Assembly: GCF_009914755.1 (NCBI RefSeq)
Contig: NC_060928.1
Length of the DNA: 64,000 bases
Source: the human T2T-CHM13v2.0 reference genome, Homo sapiens
Strand: one strand, 5' to 3'
In this document: positions 28,821 through 48,813 of the stretch, piece after piece
Position numbering within the stretch: the stretch's first letter is position 1
Layout: every line of letters begins with the position of its first letter
Position numbers and translations under genes: made by a program
Notes under the pieces: generated by a model
The model's input: the letters and a program-made list of their open reading frames with translations, nothing else
Told to the model about the DNA's origin: nothing
Databases searched by the model: none

Positions 28821-30953
28821 TAGTGCAAGGATGTAGATGAATGGGAATCACATGTCAGTTAACTGCTGCCTTTCAAGCTTCTTAAGTGGTGCCAAAGAAC
28901 TTATTCTATTCTTCCTCCTTAGAATTTTGAATTTCTGTATTTGTGGAGAAAAATTGTTCACATCCATTAAGTTAGAATTAGGTGGGGGAGAGAAACATTT
29001 AATCTTATTTCATAGGGAAATGGACAGCCTAAATAAAAACATTTGCTATTGTGAAAAAAATCAATGGTATTAAGAAGTGTTTATTAATGTAGCTGCCTCT
29101 ATATTCAATACACTCCAGTTATCCAGCCCCCATTCCCTCCCCTAAAGTTATACATATTGTGAAGCAGCCTAAAATAGCGTCCAGTTGGACAAGTGTATGG
29201 AATGGCAGAGGGTCCCTTGGATTTTATAGTTGTGTTCCATTCATTGAATTAAACAAAGAATAAATGAAATGTAAATTTACACAGTGTTGAAAGTCTATTG
29301 TTGATAAAAGGAAACAGGACAAAATGTTATAATCACAGCAAGCCGGCATTCAAGGCACTGGAAAGAATATAGAGAAAGGCACTCTCCACTCTGCTTTGTA
29401 CATTTCTCATTACTGTATTAGCATCTTATAATCATAAATAACACCTTAGAAAATAACCCAGAGCACAAAAGCTCTCAAAAACATTCACTGTATCATCAAT
29501 GCACTCTACGTAATGCATTCAGCACCCCACAGGCATGCCATTAAATCACAGTAATAGGAAAACAACAACAAATGCTTGCCTGAAACACAAGACTTTTGCA
29601 ACTGAGGATGGGGATTACTTTATTCTTTCAAGCCTTTATTGTATAAAGCTTGGATAGATTAGCTGTATTAGAACCTATGTTAAAATAGAAGCTACAGTGA
29701 TGGCTGTCTATTGAGCAAATGGGGTCACAAACCTATCCTCAAAAAGTTTTCAAAAGGGGGGATTTATTTAAAAAGTGTACCCAATGTCACACAATTGGTA
29801 TGCATCTGGTACACATTTTACTGTGTTAATAGTGATTTGGGAAACACTGTACCATTCCCCTGAATTTTCCTCATAGACACCTAAGTCAGAGCTGAACCTC
29901 GTAAACACTCTCTCTCACCGTATCTTCATATACAGTCATTTCCCCAAACATTAGGCTTTCTGAGTTTACCTTTATGAAGTTTTTAGAATATCTCAAGGAA
30001 TAAAACTTCCGCCAGTTATCACGGAATTTCTCCATTCAGATAATCTTCCTCCTATCCAAAATTAAATAATAAAAATTTTAAAAGGAGAATCTTTTCTTAT
30101 TCTATTCTACTTTGCTTACCAAGTTCTGATGTTTTCCAGGCACCATTTATTTTCCTTCTTCCTTGTATTTATAACCTTCAGAGTGACATGTGAATAGTCC
30201 CTATAAGTTTCTCCTAGCTAAGGTGTTTAGTTCCTTTCCTTTCATTATACTATTTAAACCTGACATTCATTAAACTATTCCTGTGTTTTTTGCTAAACTT
30301 TTCCCTTTCTCTTCAACTTTCTGGCACTTGTTTTTAGTACTATGATAGAAAAATAATAGAACATGTTTTTAGCAACAACTTTGGACTACATGTTTAAATG
30401 TAGCTTTCAGATATATAGATTTAGATGCAGTATTCCAGATGTAGTCTACTAGGTCATATTACATTACATGAGTGTTTTCCTGATTGCTAAAATGGATGTT
30501 GTCCACTCAGGGGAGCAGGTTACCCAGATTTTCCTTATTATCTCTCCTTCAATCTCAGGCTCTCTTCAATCCGTTCTATGACTGTGTATCCTTATTTTAA
30601 ATAAGTCTTTGAACATATAATCTACATATTCAATGTTTGGCTTTTGCTTATGCTTTTTTAGTATTTATGCCTATTTTCTTAATATTTATTTATTAGGTTT
30701 CTAAACCCTCCCTCAACCTTTGCTTTTCTTTTTTTTCATGAATTTTTTTTATTATACTTTAAGTTCTGGGATACATGTGCAAAACACGCAGGTTTGTTAC
30801 ATAGGTATAAAAGAGCCATGGTGGTTTGCTGCACCCATTAACCTGTCATCTACATTAGGTATTTCTTCTAATGCTATCCCTCCCCTAGCCCCCGACCCCT
30901 GACAGGCCCTGGTGTGTGATGTTCCCCTCCCTGTATCCATGTGTTCTCATTGT

Positions 30954-34772
<3,819 letters not shown>

Positions 34773-34825
34773 TATGGTGCTATTGCCTGTTAGTTGATGC
34801 AGTTTCTTCATAGTGTCATTGGTCT

Positions 34826-35848
34826 TTATATTTTGGTGTGTTTTTGCAGTGGCTGATTCCAGTTTTTCCTTTCCATATTTAGTGCTTCTTTCAGGAGCTC
34901 TTGTAAGGCAGGCCTAGTGCTGACAAAATCTCTCAGCATTTGCTTGTCTGTAAAGGATTTTATTTCTCCTTCACTTATGAAGCTTAGTTTGGCTGGATGT
35001 GAAATTCTGGGTTAAAAATTCTTTTCTTTAAGAATGTTGAATATTGGTCCCCACTCTCTTCTGGCTTGTAGGGTTTCTGCAGAGAGATCCACTGTTAGTC
35101 TGATGGGCTTCCCTTTGTGGGTAACTCGACCTTTCTCTCTGACTGCCCTTAACATTTTTTCCTTCATTTCAGCCTTGGTGAATCTGATGATTATGTGTCT
35201 TGGGGTTGCTCTTCTTGAGGAGTATCTTTGTGGTGTTCTCTGTATTTCCTGAATTTGAATGTTGGCCTGTCTTGCTAGGTTGGGGAAGTTCTCCTGGATA
35301 ACATCTTGAAGAGTGTTTTCCAAGTTGGTTCCATTCTCCCCATCACTTTCAGGTACACCAATCAAACGTAGGTTTGGTCTTCTCACACAGTCCCATATTT
35401 CTTGGAGGCTTTGTTCATTCCTTTTCATTCTTTTCCTCTAGTCTTGTCTTCACGCTTTATTTCATTAGGTTGATCTTCAATCTCTGATATCCTTTCTTCT
35501 GCTTGATCGATTTGACTATTGATACTTGCGTATGCTTCATGAAGTTCTTGTGCTGTGTTTTTCAGCTCTGTCAGGTCATTTATGTTCTTCTCTAAACTGG
35601 TTATTCTAGTTAGCAATTTGTCTAACCTTTTTTCAAGTTCTTAGCTTCCTTGCATTTGGTTAGAACATGCTCCTTTAGCGCAGAGGAGTTTGTTATTACC
35701 CACCATCTGAAGCTTACTTCTGTCAGTTCATGAAACTCATTCTCTGTCCAGTTTTTTTCCCTTGCTGGCGAGGAGTTGTGATCCTTTGGAGGAGAAGAGG
35801 CATTCTGGTTTCGGAATTTTCAGCCGTTTTGTGCTGGCTTTTCCTCAT
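34826..35848 (-). pseudogene. L1 ORF1 (RNA-binding protein), disrupted
   Basis: 'KRNEQSLQEIWDCVRRPNLRLIGVPESDGENG...YSSRRATPRHIIIRFTK...ARREWGPIFNILKEKNF'; frameshifts and a premature stop. Confidence 0.93.
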
Positions 35849-37063
35849 CTTCCTGGATTTATTAACCTTTGGTCTTTGATGCTGGTGACCTTCAGATGGA
35901 GCTTTTCTGTGGACGTCCTTTTTGTTGATGTTGATGCTATTCATTTCCGTTTGTTAGTTTTCCTTCTAACAGCTCCAACCTTTTCTTTACAGATCTATAG
36001 TTGTTAAGATTTAGTCAGATGTTTAACTAATCTTGACATTGCTAAGATCCAGATTTTGGTGCATTCTCTGAGATTTGGATAGGAGATAATCTAGAAATTA
36101 CATGCATTTAAGTGAAAATAACATACCTAAATTAAGATGTAGATGTTGGGATTTCATCCTAGGACAATGTTTTCCATGTCTTTGTGTCTTTGTTTCTTGA
36201 TATATACATCTTTCAAACAAGGGTGTGCTACCTGAGTTTTGAGATTTCTAGATGCTTTCAATTTCAGGCTCCTTAGACATCTGACATGTTTAACACTCAG
36301 TTTTTAAAGATATGTTTTCTCTAAATGGTGCTGACATAAATATATTTTTACATAAGGTAGGTGGTAATCATTCATTAATCCATCTAATTATTGAATTAAT
36401 GTGCCACATTGGAAATTCTAGAAGAAGTTTGAGATGGTACATTTTTGGAATCAAAAATCATTTTAGGATATTAAGGAATCAAAAGTAAGTTTAAAATTGC
36501 CATATAAACTGTATTTTAATGATAAAATTTGATTTTTGTTCTTATATTAAAGTAGTATGACATACATTATGAAAATTACAGAGAAAAATCACTTGGAAAA
36601 GCCAATTAAGAAAATTCCATTACAGTTAGTGCCATTACAAGAATCTTATCCAGATCCATGTTCTTAATAACCTTCATAAGTATTTGTCTGTGTTCCCTGA
36701 TTTGTATTTCTAACCCAGAACTGTTCTTTAGGCCCCAGGCTATATGTATATTTGACAGCATCATTTACATGTCTCAAAGAAGCCTCACATTCTACACATT
36801 CAAAGCTGATCTCAAGGGAATCCTCCCAGAACTGGTCCTCTTCCAGTGTTCTCCATCTTAGTGGACAGCACCACCATATACTCAGTTGTGCAGGCCAGAG
36901 TCAGGAGTTGTTCCTGGCATCGTCTCACTTCTCCCCATAGCTATGTCACACATTACTCAATTCTGTTGATTTGTATTTCCTAAATAACTTCTGAATCTGT
37001 CCACTTCTTTCCATCTCACTGTCATCCACTAAGGCCAAAACCACCATTATGTCTTCTCATTCA

Positions 37064-37176
37064 TAGGGTGACTAAATCTCCAGGTTTCCCCACAACTACA
37101 GGATTCCCAGAACGTGGGACTTTTCAGTTTTAAACTGGGACAGTCCCTGCCAAACCAAGATGAGTTAGTTGCCTTA
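37064..37176. mobile_element. MER81-like (hAT-Blackjack MITE)
   Basis: 'tagggtgactaa...acgtgggacttttcag...aaactgggacagtccctgccaaaccaagatgagttagttgcctta'; ~113 bp. Confidence 0.7.
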
Positions 37177-37262
37177 AGTTTTGATCCCCCTGCTTCCACT
37201 TTTGCGTCCCTCCAATTCTTTTCCACACTGAAGCCAAAGTGATTTATTCAAAATGAAAATCT

Positions 37263-37990
37263 GAAACATGAGATATCACTTCAAACCTGTTAGAATGCCT
37301 AAAATTAAAAAGACTGGCCAGACCAAGTCTGAATGAGGATTGGAGGAACTGGGACTGTCACACACTGATTATGGAAACATAGAATGCACTTTGGAATAAA
37401 AAAACCACTTTGGAGACCTGTTTGGCAGTTTCTTTCAAAGTTAAACGTACACTTACCATTCAATTTATGTTTATGAAAGAAAACATATATCCATAAAAAC
37501 AAATGTTCATAGTAGGTTTATTCAAACATAAAGCTTTATTCATGATACCCAAAAAGTGGAAACAATACAAATGTCCATCAATAGGTTATTGGATAAGTAA
37601 ATTGAGATATATCAAAAAAAATGGGATACTACCCAGCAAAATAAGCATGACTGATGCATGCAACAACATGTATGAATCTTGAATACATGTTGAATGAAAG
37701 GAGCCAAATGTAAGAGTACATACTGCAATACTCCATTTACATGAAATTGTAGAATAAAGAAAAATAATATATGCAATGAGAGGAAGCAGCTCAGTGGCTT
37801 CGTGAGGCTGGGGAGGTTTCACTGGGACTGGAAAAAGGCATGAGAACACTTTCTGGGATAATAGAGATATTTATATCTTGATTTTCATGGTGGTTATGAG
37901 CACAAATTTCATTAAACTATATACTTAAATACATTTTATTGTATGTAAATATTTTTAGGGTTTTAAAATGTAAAATAAATAATATTTTAA
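37263..37990 (+). mobile_element. old L1M (L1ME/MD-type) ORF2 end and 3' UTR
   Basis: 'atgagatatcacttcaaacctgttagaatgcctaaaattaaaaagactg...ggaaacaatacaaatgtccatcaatagg...cattttattgtatgtaaat'. Confidence 0.75.
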
Positions 37991-40900
37991 AATCCAAAGA
38001 ACAAAAACCCACAAATTTGACCATATCACTCACCTGTTTAAAATACTTAAAAGGCTTCCTAATACTTTTAGAATAAACTCATGTTTATTCCATGTTAACA
38101 TCTGGCCCTGCCTCTTTCTCTGAACCTATTTCATGCCACTTTCCCCACACTTTCTGTGATCCAAATCCAAACCCACACTTTTTTTTTTTTCTCCCTCATG
38201 GCCTCTCCTGCCTTAGGGCCTATACACTCTTCTCCTTCTGCCTAGAATGTTCCTCTCACCTGGTTCTTCAGAGTAAGTTAATACCTCCTGATCCTTCAGA
38301 TAGAATCAAAACTGCCACTTCCTCAGGAAAGCTTTCACTGATCTTCCCGTTAGCATCGGGTCTGCCTATGACATCTCCTATGCAGTAGAAGTGCCTTTAT
38401 ACCACTTTACGCAATTTCTAATTATATATATTTGTGGAATATTTTGACTCTCTACCTTCCCATTAGATGTTAAGCACCATGAGGTTAAAACTATGTCTGT
38501 TTTACTCACTGTTGTGACCTCAGCACTTTACACAATGCTGGGCTTAGAATAAGACTCAAATATTTGCCACTTGAATGAATGCTCAGTAATAAGTAATAAC
38601 CTTGCTCCTACATTACTATAGTATGGTATCCCAATCAATATATCTGTATCATTTTCTTACTTGAATTCAAATTGATTAGTGAGGAATTTCAGTTTTCAAA
38701 CACCTTACACCTATGCAAATCTCTCATTAACATTTTTTTTCCACCAAAACCAAGCAAGTCATTTAGTTATACAATTTTTCTATAGGTCTCAAGAACATTA
38801 AAAATTTATAAAAATCAGCTATAGAATTCATAAAATTGCATTATTGTTATATTATTAATCATTTATAGAACTTGATTTGTTAAATAAAACATCTATTTCT
38901 ACTATAATACAGTGAGGTTTGTCTTTGCCAATATAATCTCATATGGGGCTTATTTGATAAAAATTGAAATATGTTCTTAAAAATACATAGCACACTCTTT
39001 TAGTAAAAAGAAATATCAGAGATGTTATATGACTACCCCAATAGAATCATTATGCCCTGTTAGGAAATCGTCTGATAAAATATTTTAATAACACCAAAAC
39101 TAGGTAACCTTTTGAATGCATTACAATTAATAGTTTTAAAACATTTCCTAGTGGTTTTCTTTATGTTTTATGGCTAGCTATTCTCAGAAAAGTGAAACAC
39201 TTTTCTTTAAAGATTTTTAAACTACCAGAATAATGAAAAGTAAGATATTGTGAACTAATAATAAAAAGATGTCATTTCAAATCTTTAGGATCTGTAAATG
39301 ACCTAGCTACTTAGTCTATAAAACAGAATAAAAATCACTACCTCTATTATGTATAATGATGGTTGACCATAATATCTTGTCGAAATGCTTGATATTGCAC
39401 AAACAAATTCATCTTATGTTGGTGAAGGTGAAACCAGTCTTTGTTGAATTAATGTTGGCCATTAGGTTACTGATGATTAGGTGCATTTCCTTTCAGGAAA
39501 AATGTTGCTACTGCAGATGAACAAAAGTGTCTCATTTTTCTCAGGAAAAGCAACAACAGTAAAAATAACAAGAAATAACCTGTTTTCATTTTTCATCTTA
39601 GCTGCCAGAAAACTGGAGCAAAATTCAAGTCCCCAGTTTTCAGCTCTTTTCAGGTACCAAGGTGCATTTGTTCTTATGGGTCACTTTTATTTTCTTATAC
39701 CCAATGTTAAAAATCTATTTTCAATTCTTAGAGACAATGAATTTCTGTAAAAGATTTAATTCTCTATTGACTTAGCAAAAAAAATAATAAACAGCAAAGT
39801 TAGTATACTTTTGAATATTTGCAAGTCATCAGTGAACTGATCTCTTAAGATCATCTGGAGGGTGGGACTGCCTTCCTTGCTCTTACATTTGTACACACAG
39901 GGTCAACCAAATACATTCCTTGACTTCTGGAGGGGCTCAATCATTATTGACCAAAATGAGTGAACTTACACAAAGAAATTGTGAGGTGATTTTATAATCT
40001 CTCTCTCTTCCAGTTGGAGCCAAAAATAAGCCACCATCTGTACTATATTCATGCTTTCTGATTTAGCTAGCAGGTTCAAGTGGGAGACAAATTTTAAAAA
40101 TGAGAAGGAAAATGACTTCAACAGGAGAAAAACAAAAATAATTTTTAGAACTTCAAATTGAATTTAAGATTAGCCACTATAACATAATTGAGTTTGAAAT
40201 CAGGGCCTTAAAAAGACCTGTTGTAGTGAATGGAAATACGTTATGCCTTTTTAAACCTAGACTACATTATCCCTTACTTGCTGAACTTCAAAACCAAGCA
40301 GCCACATTACAGCGACAGTATTTCTCTGATTTTTATTCAGTGAACTATTTGAAGTGCTTTTAATAAAAATTGTAGAAATCACACAAGTATCAGAATACAG
40401 CATGTTCATATGCTTGATCTTGAAATTTGGCAACTTAGGCCCATATTAATGTAGATTCTATCTCCACTGGTAGGACTTACAACTGTTTTTCCTTGCAATT
40501 GTCAATAATTTCCTACTTTTACTAATTTCTTGTCTTATAATTAATTGCTTAGTTTTAGTGTGACTTTAAGGAATCATTGAAAAATATTCTTAACTCATCA
40601 ACTAGCCATAGATTCCCACTAACTCCCAACCCCATTTTTCATTCTGACCTGAGAACCAAGCCTTTTGTCCAAATATACACAAAGTATAAAATCATTTCCA
40701 TCAGATCTGGAAAATCTTTTAACCTCGATACTTACAATTCACTCCTAGGAATTAGCCGTCACAGTCAGGCATGAGTTAACAGAGAGCGAGAACCTGTTCT
40801 CCTATTTTTCAAACATTTCTGGGGAGAGATGAATTTTCATATTCCAAATTTATATGACAGTGAATCAGGATGATCTCTCTCTCTCTCCCACCCCACCTTT

Positions 40901-41909
40901 CTCTGGGTGTTAATCATTCATTGAAAAGCTTTTTAAAGACACAGTTCAATATTTTTTTACTGACTCACTGTTAATAAAATTGCAGGTAGTAATTGCAGTC
41001 CTTGATTCCTTATGTTAGCACTACTGTATTTCTAAATCATTTAAAAGTGATATAAACAATTTTCTGAAAGTGTGAAAATGCACTATTCCTTGTACATTAA
41101 GGTACTGTCACTGCCAACCATCAATAGGACTTGCTTAGTCATTAGTCCTGTACTCCTGCCAAATTAATGTTGAGCCATCTACTTTCTCACCTCAACATCT
41201 GCCTAAGTTTAAGCAGGGGTAGTACACAGAATTATAAAGAAAGCAGGAATATTTGGCCCAGAATCCAAAGCTAAAATGTGTCCTTTACTGTCCTGGCTTT
41301 CCCACATGTTGAATTGTACATCTGAGAGAAACTGTGTAGAAAGAGCCAAGTTTGATAACAGGGGAGTCCTCACATATAGCAAGTCTAAAATTTCATTAAG
41401 TGTTGTTTGGGATGCTATTAATGTTATTACTGTAATACAAACATCAAAGGAAATCAGATCACACACTCAGGGAAATCATTCCCTGCTGGAAATCCTGTTA
41501 GCTGACTTCAATTATGCTGTGCTTTTCCTCATTCAGAAGGCTGTGTCAGCCTCATTATCTGATCTCTAAATCACCTGCTTAATGAAAGCGCACACATTTG
41601 AAACTCATCAAATTAAATAAAACAAAATTTGAATCTTGTGCTTGTTTGGGTTCAGATCACAGCAATATCAAAATTATTCTGATTGCTATAAGGGTGTCTA
41701 TGGACAGTAGTTAAGGAGATAAGTAGGATTGAATCAAAATTAGAAAGAGAGCCTTTCAGAAGGGAAGGAAGGCTTATAGGAAACCAAAGTAGATGTTTCT
41801 TTCAAGATTAGCATCAATTTTGTAAAGTATAATTCAAGATCTGTTAACTTCCCTCTATTATATTCCCCGAAAGGAAAACACAAGCATACAATATATGTAT
41901 CCTTCTTTA

Positions 41910-42545
<636 letters not shown>

Positions 42546-42595
42546 CTTACTCTTAAATATCACAAGTCTGACTTTAAGTTAAATGTATTCATGGG

Positions 42596-42982
42596 TGTAT
42601 TAATCCGTTTTCACACTGCTATAAAGAGCTACCTAAGACTGGGTAATTTACAAAGAAAACAGGTTTAATTGACTTACAGTTCTGCAGGCTGTACAGGAAG
42701 CATGGCTGGGAGGCCTCAGGAAACTTACAATCATGACAGAAGGTGAAGGGGAAGCAAGCATGTCTTACCATGGCAGAGCAGGAGAGAAGGAGAGAGCAAA
42801 GGGAGAAGTGTCACACACTTTTAAACCATCAGATCTGATGAGAACTCACTCACTATCACTAGTATTGCAAGGGGAAAATCTGCCCCCATGATCCAATCAC
42901 CTCCCACCAGGTCCCTCCCCTAACATTAGGGATTACAATTCAACATGAGATTTAGGTGGAGACACAGAGCCAAACCATATCG
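42596..42982 (-). mobile_element. THE1D/MSTA-like MaLR solo LTR
   Basis: 'tgtattaatccgttttcacactgctataaag...ggcctcaggaaacttacaatcatg...gacacagagccaaaccatatc'; 5-bp TSD ATGGG/ATGGA. Confidence 0.9.
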
Positions 42983-44048
42983 ATGGATATCTTTATAAAT
43001 TTTAACAATGCATATACGACTTTCAATTGTACATAAAATGTGGCCAAAGAAATAAATTCACCTCCTTATTTTTCAGGCATTGAGTTGCCTGTATCCAACA
43101 TTTCCTAGCATTTAATTCAAAATGTTTTTGCTCTCTTTGTTTTAATTTCCACAAAACTATTGTAAGAAGCCAAAGAGGGGTGGAAATGTTTTCCACTGCT
43201 AAACAAGTAGAAAAGCCTTCTCACTATCTCAAAAGTTATGACACATGTGTAGAAACAAATGTCAAGGGTAAAACGCCTTGAATATTCCGTATCACTCCGA
43301 TACATTTTAGTCCAAAACATTGATTATGAAAATAACTTGATTCACTCAATATGTCTTGTGTAGATCCTAGTAATTTCATTGGCAGCTATAGAAAGGAGCT
43401 ATTGAGAACATTCAGACAGCCTCTCTGAGAACTTGTCGAAGAGGCCCAGTTGCTAGCTGGTGCCTCGGATCTGTGGGACACACTGTGTCTGCACCTTGCC
43501 AGCCAGGATTGGTCGGGGAGAAACTGAATGTGTCACCCAACAGGCTCTTCTTAGTGGCCTCACAACATGAGAATGTGGATAGCTTATTTTGGAGAGGAAT
43601 CCAGAACACATTTTGCTCTCCACTTCACTGCAGCATGCCAGTCACTGGTATGTAACACTGGATCAAGGCAAGCCTGGGAACACGCTATGCAAGGAAAGTT
43701 TTTCAACTCCAGTAACTAATTCTTCATCATTGACCCACCAATTGTGTCAATAGTTTTGGATCCTCCAACGACGTATGTAACCAAAGTTTGCAAATCACAC
43801 TAACATGACTATCCAAATTGTGGATTTAGCTAGTGAGATCTGTTATCTACTTATGATAATGTACTAACAGTACTGGTTATAATTCAGAAAATGAAGAATT
43901 TCCTGTTAATTTGTGCAAAATAAGTATTTCCTCAAGAAAACTCATTTAAGTTTTAAAGTGCTCTTAAATAAGGAAAGCTTGCTGTGTTATTGTCCTGTGA
44001 GATGGCAGAGCAATCATTTCCAAGCATGAGTTCCTGATATCTTCTTAA

Positions 44049-44420
<372 letters not shown>

Positions 44421-44626
44421 TATGAGTTTAAGTTAAATTTATTAAATTTAAATAACTAATCTCTGGTCTGAGACTATCTTTTTATTTTTTTGTGTGTCTT
44501 TTTTAATGTTAACATTTTTCTTCTTTTATGAGATGATGATGCTAGTTGCTAATAGCATGTTAGTGGTCTTGATGAAATTTAAAGTTCATAACCCTATATA
44601 ATTTTCATATTTAAAAAGTATATGTT

Positions 44627-44860
44627 TGTGTTTTGGTTATTTATTGCTATATGACAAACAACCCCAGATAGTAGAGTCCTTGAACAATAATCATTTATTT
44701 GTTCATGATTTTGCAATTTGGGATAGGACCTGATGGTGTCTCTGCTCCATATGGCAGCCGAGTGGCTCACCTGGGGCTGAAACACCCACTCCTAAGACTC
44801 CAATGATTAGTGCTGGCTGTCAACTGGGATCACAGTGGGCTGTGAGACTGCCACTCTTAC
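44627..44860 (-). mobile_element. MLT1G/H-like LTR fragment
   Basis: 'ggttatttattgctatatgacaaacaacccca...aacaataatcatttatttgttcatgattttgcaatttggg...tgctggctgtcaactggga'. Confidence 0.6.
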
Positions 44861-44899
44861 AGACAGATTGGTTAATGTGAACGTGTGATAGATTTCAAG

Positions 44900-45308
44900 C
44901 CAAGGAGATATAAGGGAAAACAGTGAAGTGAGGAAAAATCTTTTAGGAAGTGTACTCACTCTAAAAGTGATACACAGGAAAATCATCTTTTTGTTGATAT
45001 TATTCTGCTGGATGTTGCCACATCTGCAGAGGATGCCTGCAACTAGGACAGCCATCATAAAACCATGATGGAAATAGACCAAAACTAAAGCTGAGGTTGG
45101 CAGCACGTAAAGACAGAAGGAACCTGAGTCTCTTACGTTATGAGCTGCTTGAATTAACCGTGCTTGAAGCCACCCTACTTATGAAACAACTATGTGAAAT
45201 AAATGTTCTTCACTCTTTCAATCTGAAGAGTCGTGGTTATGTTTTCTTTCCTTTGTTATGTTTTCTTTCCTTTTACTTACAGCCAAAAACATCACCTTAA
45301 CTAATTCA
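44900..45308 (+). mobile_element. MLT1J/L-like LTR fragment
   Basis: 'cagccatc...aagctgaggttggcagcacgtaaagacagaaggaacctgagtc...ttacttacagccaaaaacatc'. Confidence 0.55.
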
Positions 45309-45754
45309 TGTGTTGTTGCTTAACTAAACATTTGCATAAAGAACAATTAAGAAACTAAAAGAAACAAACAAGTGTCTAGAATGAGGATAACTTTACAATA
45401 CTGAGTAACAGGAGCAAACTAACGCATGAGAGATTCATTCCAAAGAAGGTATTATTTTTTTGAAAAAGATAGTCCCTGTCAACCACACCAAATAGTGTTG
45501 GATCATACTCCTTTTCAATTTCTTTCAATCTTTCTGTATGGTCTAGAAAAAATTCTCGGTCTAATGCTAGATTGTCTTTAACCTCTAATATTTTCTAGCC
45601 TAAATTTTTAGCAAAAAGAGAACAGGCCTCAAGCTCAAATCTCCAGGTAGAAATGGTATTTAGCTAGAAATTAGTAATATCATTTTGCTTTAGTTGAACT
45701 TACTTACTTTTATGGTTAATCTATTAATGGCAAATTATATTGTTTTTCTGTTTA

Positions 45755-46122
<368 letters not shown>

Positions 46123-48812
46123 ATGTTAAGTAAATATTAGTGTAGCTGGGGCAAAGATATGACAAAAATTATGAAGTGGCCCAGGGATGCCTGAAGTTTG
46201 GAGACTACTAGCCTAGGGTATTTGATAAACTACTGGAGTAGAGAGGGTGCAAAAGTACTACATACAGCATGGCCATCTGGCTGGAACATTACTTTATAAT
46301 GAGACTATTTATGAGGATCTCTTTTATATTTCATCTCAGATGGATTTTCCCAGATGAATTAGCTCTGAATATGGCACTCCCATCATGTACACTGCACTTT
46401 CATTGCTGCATCCTTATCTTGGCCTTAATGGATCAATATCTCTGGTTTTGATGCCTCCATGAAAGAATTAAGGTGTCTTGTTCTTACTTGAATCTTCTTT
46501 TTGTTATTATTGCCACCTTCCCTTGCCTGTACTTCCATTCTCCACTCAGTTCAAGCGTTTATTAATTTCAGATCTTTATTAATTCCAATTCCTTTGAAGG
46601 AAATGTGTCTCTCTACTCCAACTCTGCTCATCAAAATCCTGTCCATCTTTCAAGGACCAGCTCAAAAGCCACTCTTTGTGTGGAGCCTTCTCAGATCTCA
46701 CTGCAGTAGGAATGAGTCTCTTCTCCTATAGCTCCCTTTCAAAGCTCTGATGAAAACATATTTCACAACCTGCCTGTGAATTGAGGAGATAAGGAGCTCC
46801 TGGAGAATGAGGAATTTATTTCAATTATCTTTATCTTATTACCAGAAGCCTAAAAGTTGTTAAATTGCATTGATCTAGAATTAAATCACAGTTTTAAGTT
46901 AGTTCGGAATGATTTGGTGATGATTTTTATTTTAAAATGCCCTTCTGTCATCTTTGCAATAGTTTATATCCATTTTTCTTTATGCTTTGTTTTCTCAAAA
47001 AAATGACTCTCCAGCAATGAAAGGGATTTTGAGCCAGTATATCACAATAAAAGGATATTATTTTAACTATCCAAGAGCAATTTTATTTCATTTTGGAAGA
47101 CATTAGAAAATGCTGAGTTATCTTCTTTAGACACCCATTTCAAATTTTTACATCTTGTATTTATAGGAAGTTTTTCCTCATATTGAAACTAGACCTTTCA
47201 AAGCTTCAGTTTAACTTGTTTCTTATTATTCTAGTCTCATAGTCACCATAAGAAACAGCTGGTCACCATCCACTTAATCTGTTCCCATCACAATAAAAAG
47301 CCAGCATATCTAAATGTCCTATGAAAAGCACACAAAATTTTACTTTTTAGCTAAGAGTCAGTAGATATTTTGTATTAACAGGGTAAGTTATTGATTACAT
47401 TTTTGTTTTTAGTATGAGCATGTATCTCTTCTTCAAACAGAGAGATCCTAAGATTATCACTGAGAAGGCAGTTTTTATCAGAGAAGTTCAGAGAGACAAT
47501 CTAGTATAATGCATTTGAGGATGGAAATGGATTAAAGTTAGTTTGTAAAAAAGAATGTCAAATTAATGAATTCAAAAGAATGTTCACAGGTCACCAATAT
47601 GATGTGAAAAAACAGATGATTATAGAGAAACTGCACAAAGTTTACACAAAGTTTACATTCTTGCAATTCTTGAAGTACCCAAGTGCCCATCTGGAATTTG
47701 GCCAAAAGAGAAGAGGTTTCCACTAAAGCTTAACAGGGCATGCATCATTTCTGGGCACCCTGCCAGTAGGACTGACTCCCCACAGTGATGACATTATAAT
47801 GAGAAAAAGTGCATGCAAATAAAGTAAATACTATTTAGAGGTGGAGCCATACATAATCTGCTTTGGAGAAAGATTTGGGAAGATTGGGAAGGAGATGAGA
47901 CAGTTAAATTATGGATGCACTCTCCAGAGAACTTGGGGAAAGTGTTTATCTGTTATTGCTCCCAATAACTGGTTGAAACCAGTGTGGATAGATAATAAAG
48001 GATACAATTGCCTATTTGTATTCTCCTTTGTAGCCATTGACATGGCTGAGTAGAATAAACTTCTAACAGAAAAGTGGGGAAGCTCAGCCTCCTGGTGACC
48101 ACTGTAATTTTATTTGGGTTTAATGCAATTGAAACAGCTTAAAGCTTAGATGACTTTACCTGTCCAAGAAAGTTGTAGCCTTCCAGAGAAAGGGCAGAAG
48201 GAGTAGAAATGAGAATCAAAATATATCAGAAATTTAAAAGTGTACTGATAAAAAGAAATAAGAAAGTGATGTATCATTTATTGCGTATTAAAGTCATAGA
48301 GTTGAACAGCCTTCGAAAAATCCACTGAATTGATTTGTCTAACTTGCTTCAGATTTACCTAAACATTTTAGGTAACAATTATGTGCTTAGATTTGATATC
48401 CTAAAATATTTATTAAGAGACTCTTATTAAAACAGTTACCAGATATAAAGCTCTTAGAACAATGTCTGGCACATAAAAGGACCCAGATAAGATTAGACAT
48501 TAGTCTTACTAGCTCTCACTAAATGTAAAGTGTTGGGCTAAATACTGTGGGATATAGACAGAGGACAAAGACATAGGCCTAAGCTCTCAGAGATTTAAAT
48601 CTAAGGGCTCTACGGAAGGCAATTCTGTAACTTTTCTGATCATACAGTCTACTATAGGAGTCCCCAAAGCATTGAGCTTGACATCTATCCATTTTCTCCC
48701 TGTCATCCCCCACTCTGAAAGTTCAGAGTCTTCCCCAAGAGAGAGGAGATCATGGGGTGCACAACTATTCCCATCCTCCTCTTCAACAACGTGTTCAACC
48801 CATCTTTCTTGC

Positions 48813-48813
<1 letters not shown>

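Larger units (their letters stand above)
36660..38582 (+). mobile_element. L2 3' region, split by MER81 and an L1M insertion
   Basis: L2 motifs at 36690-37050, 37180-37262 and 38010-38582, ending 'actcaaatatttgccacttgaatgaatg'. Confidence 0.7.

Noticed and set aside
45236-45273. 19-bp tandem duplication GTTATGTTTTCTTTCCTTT x2
   Set aside because: Simple slippage inside an old LTR.
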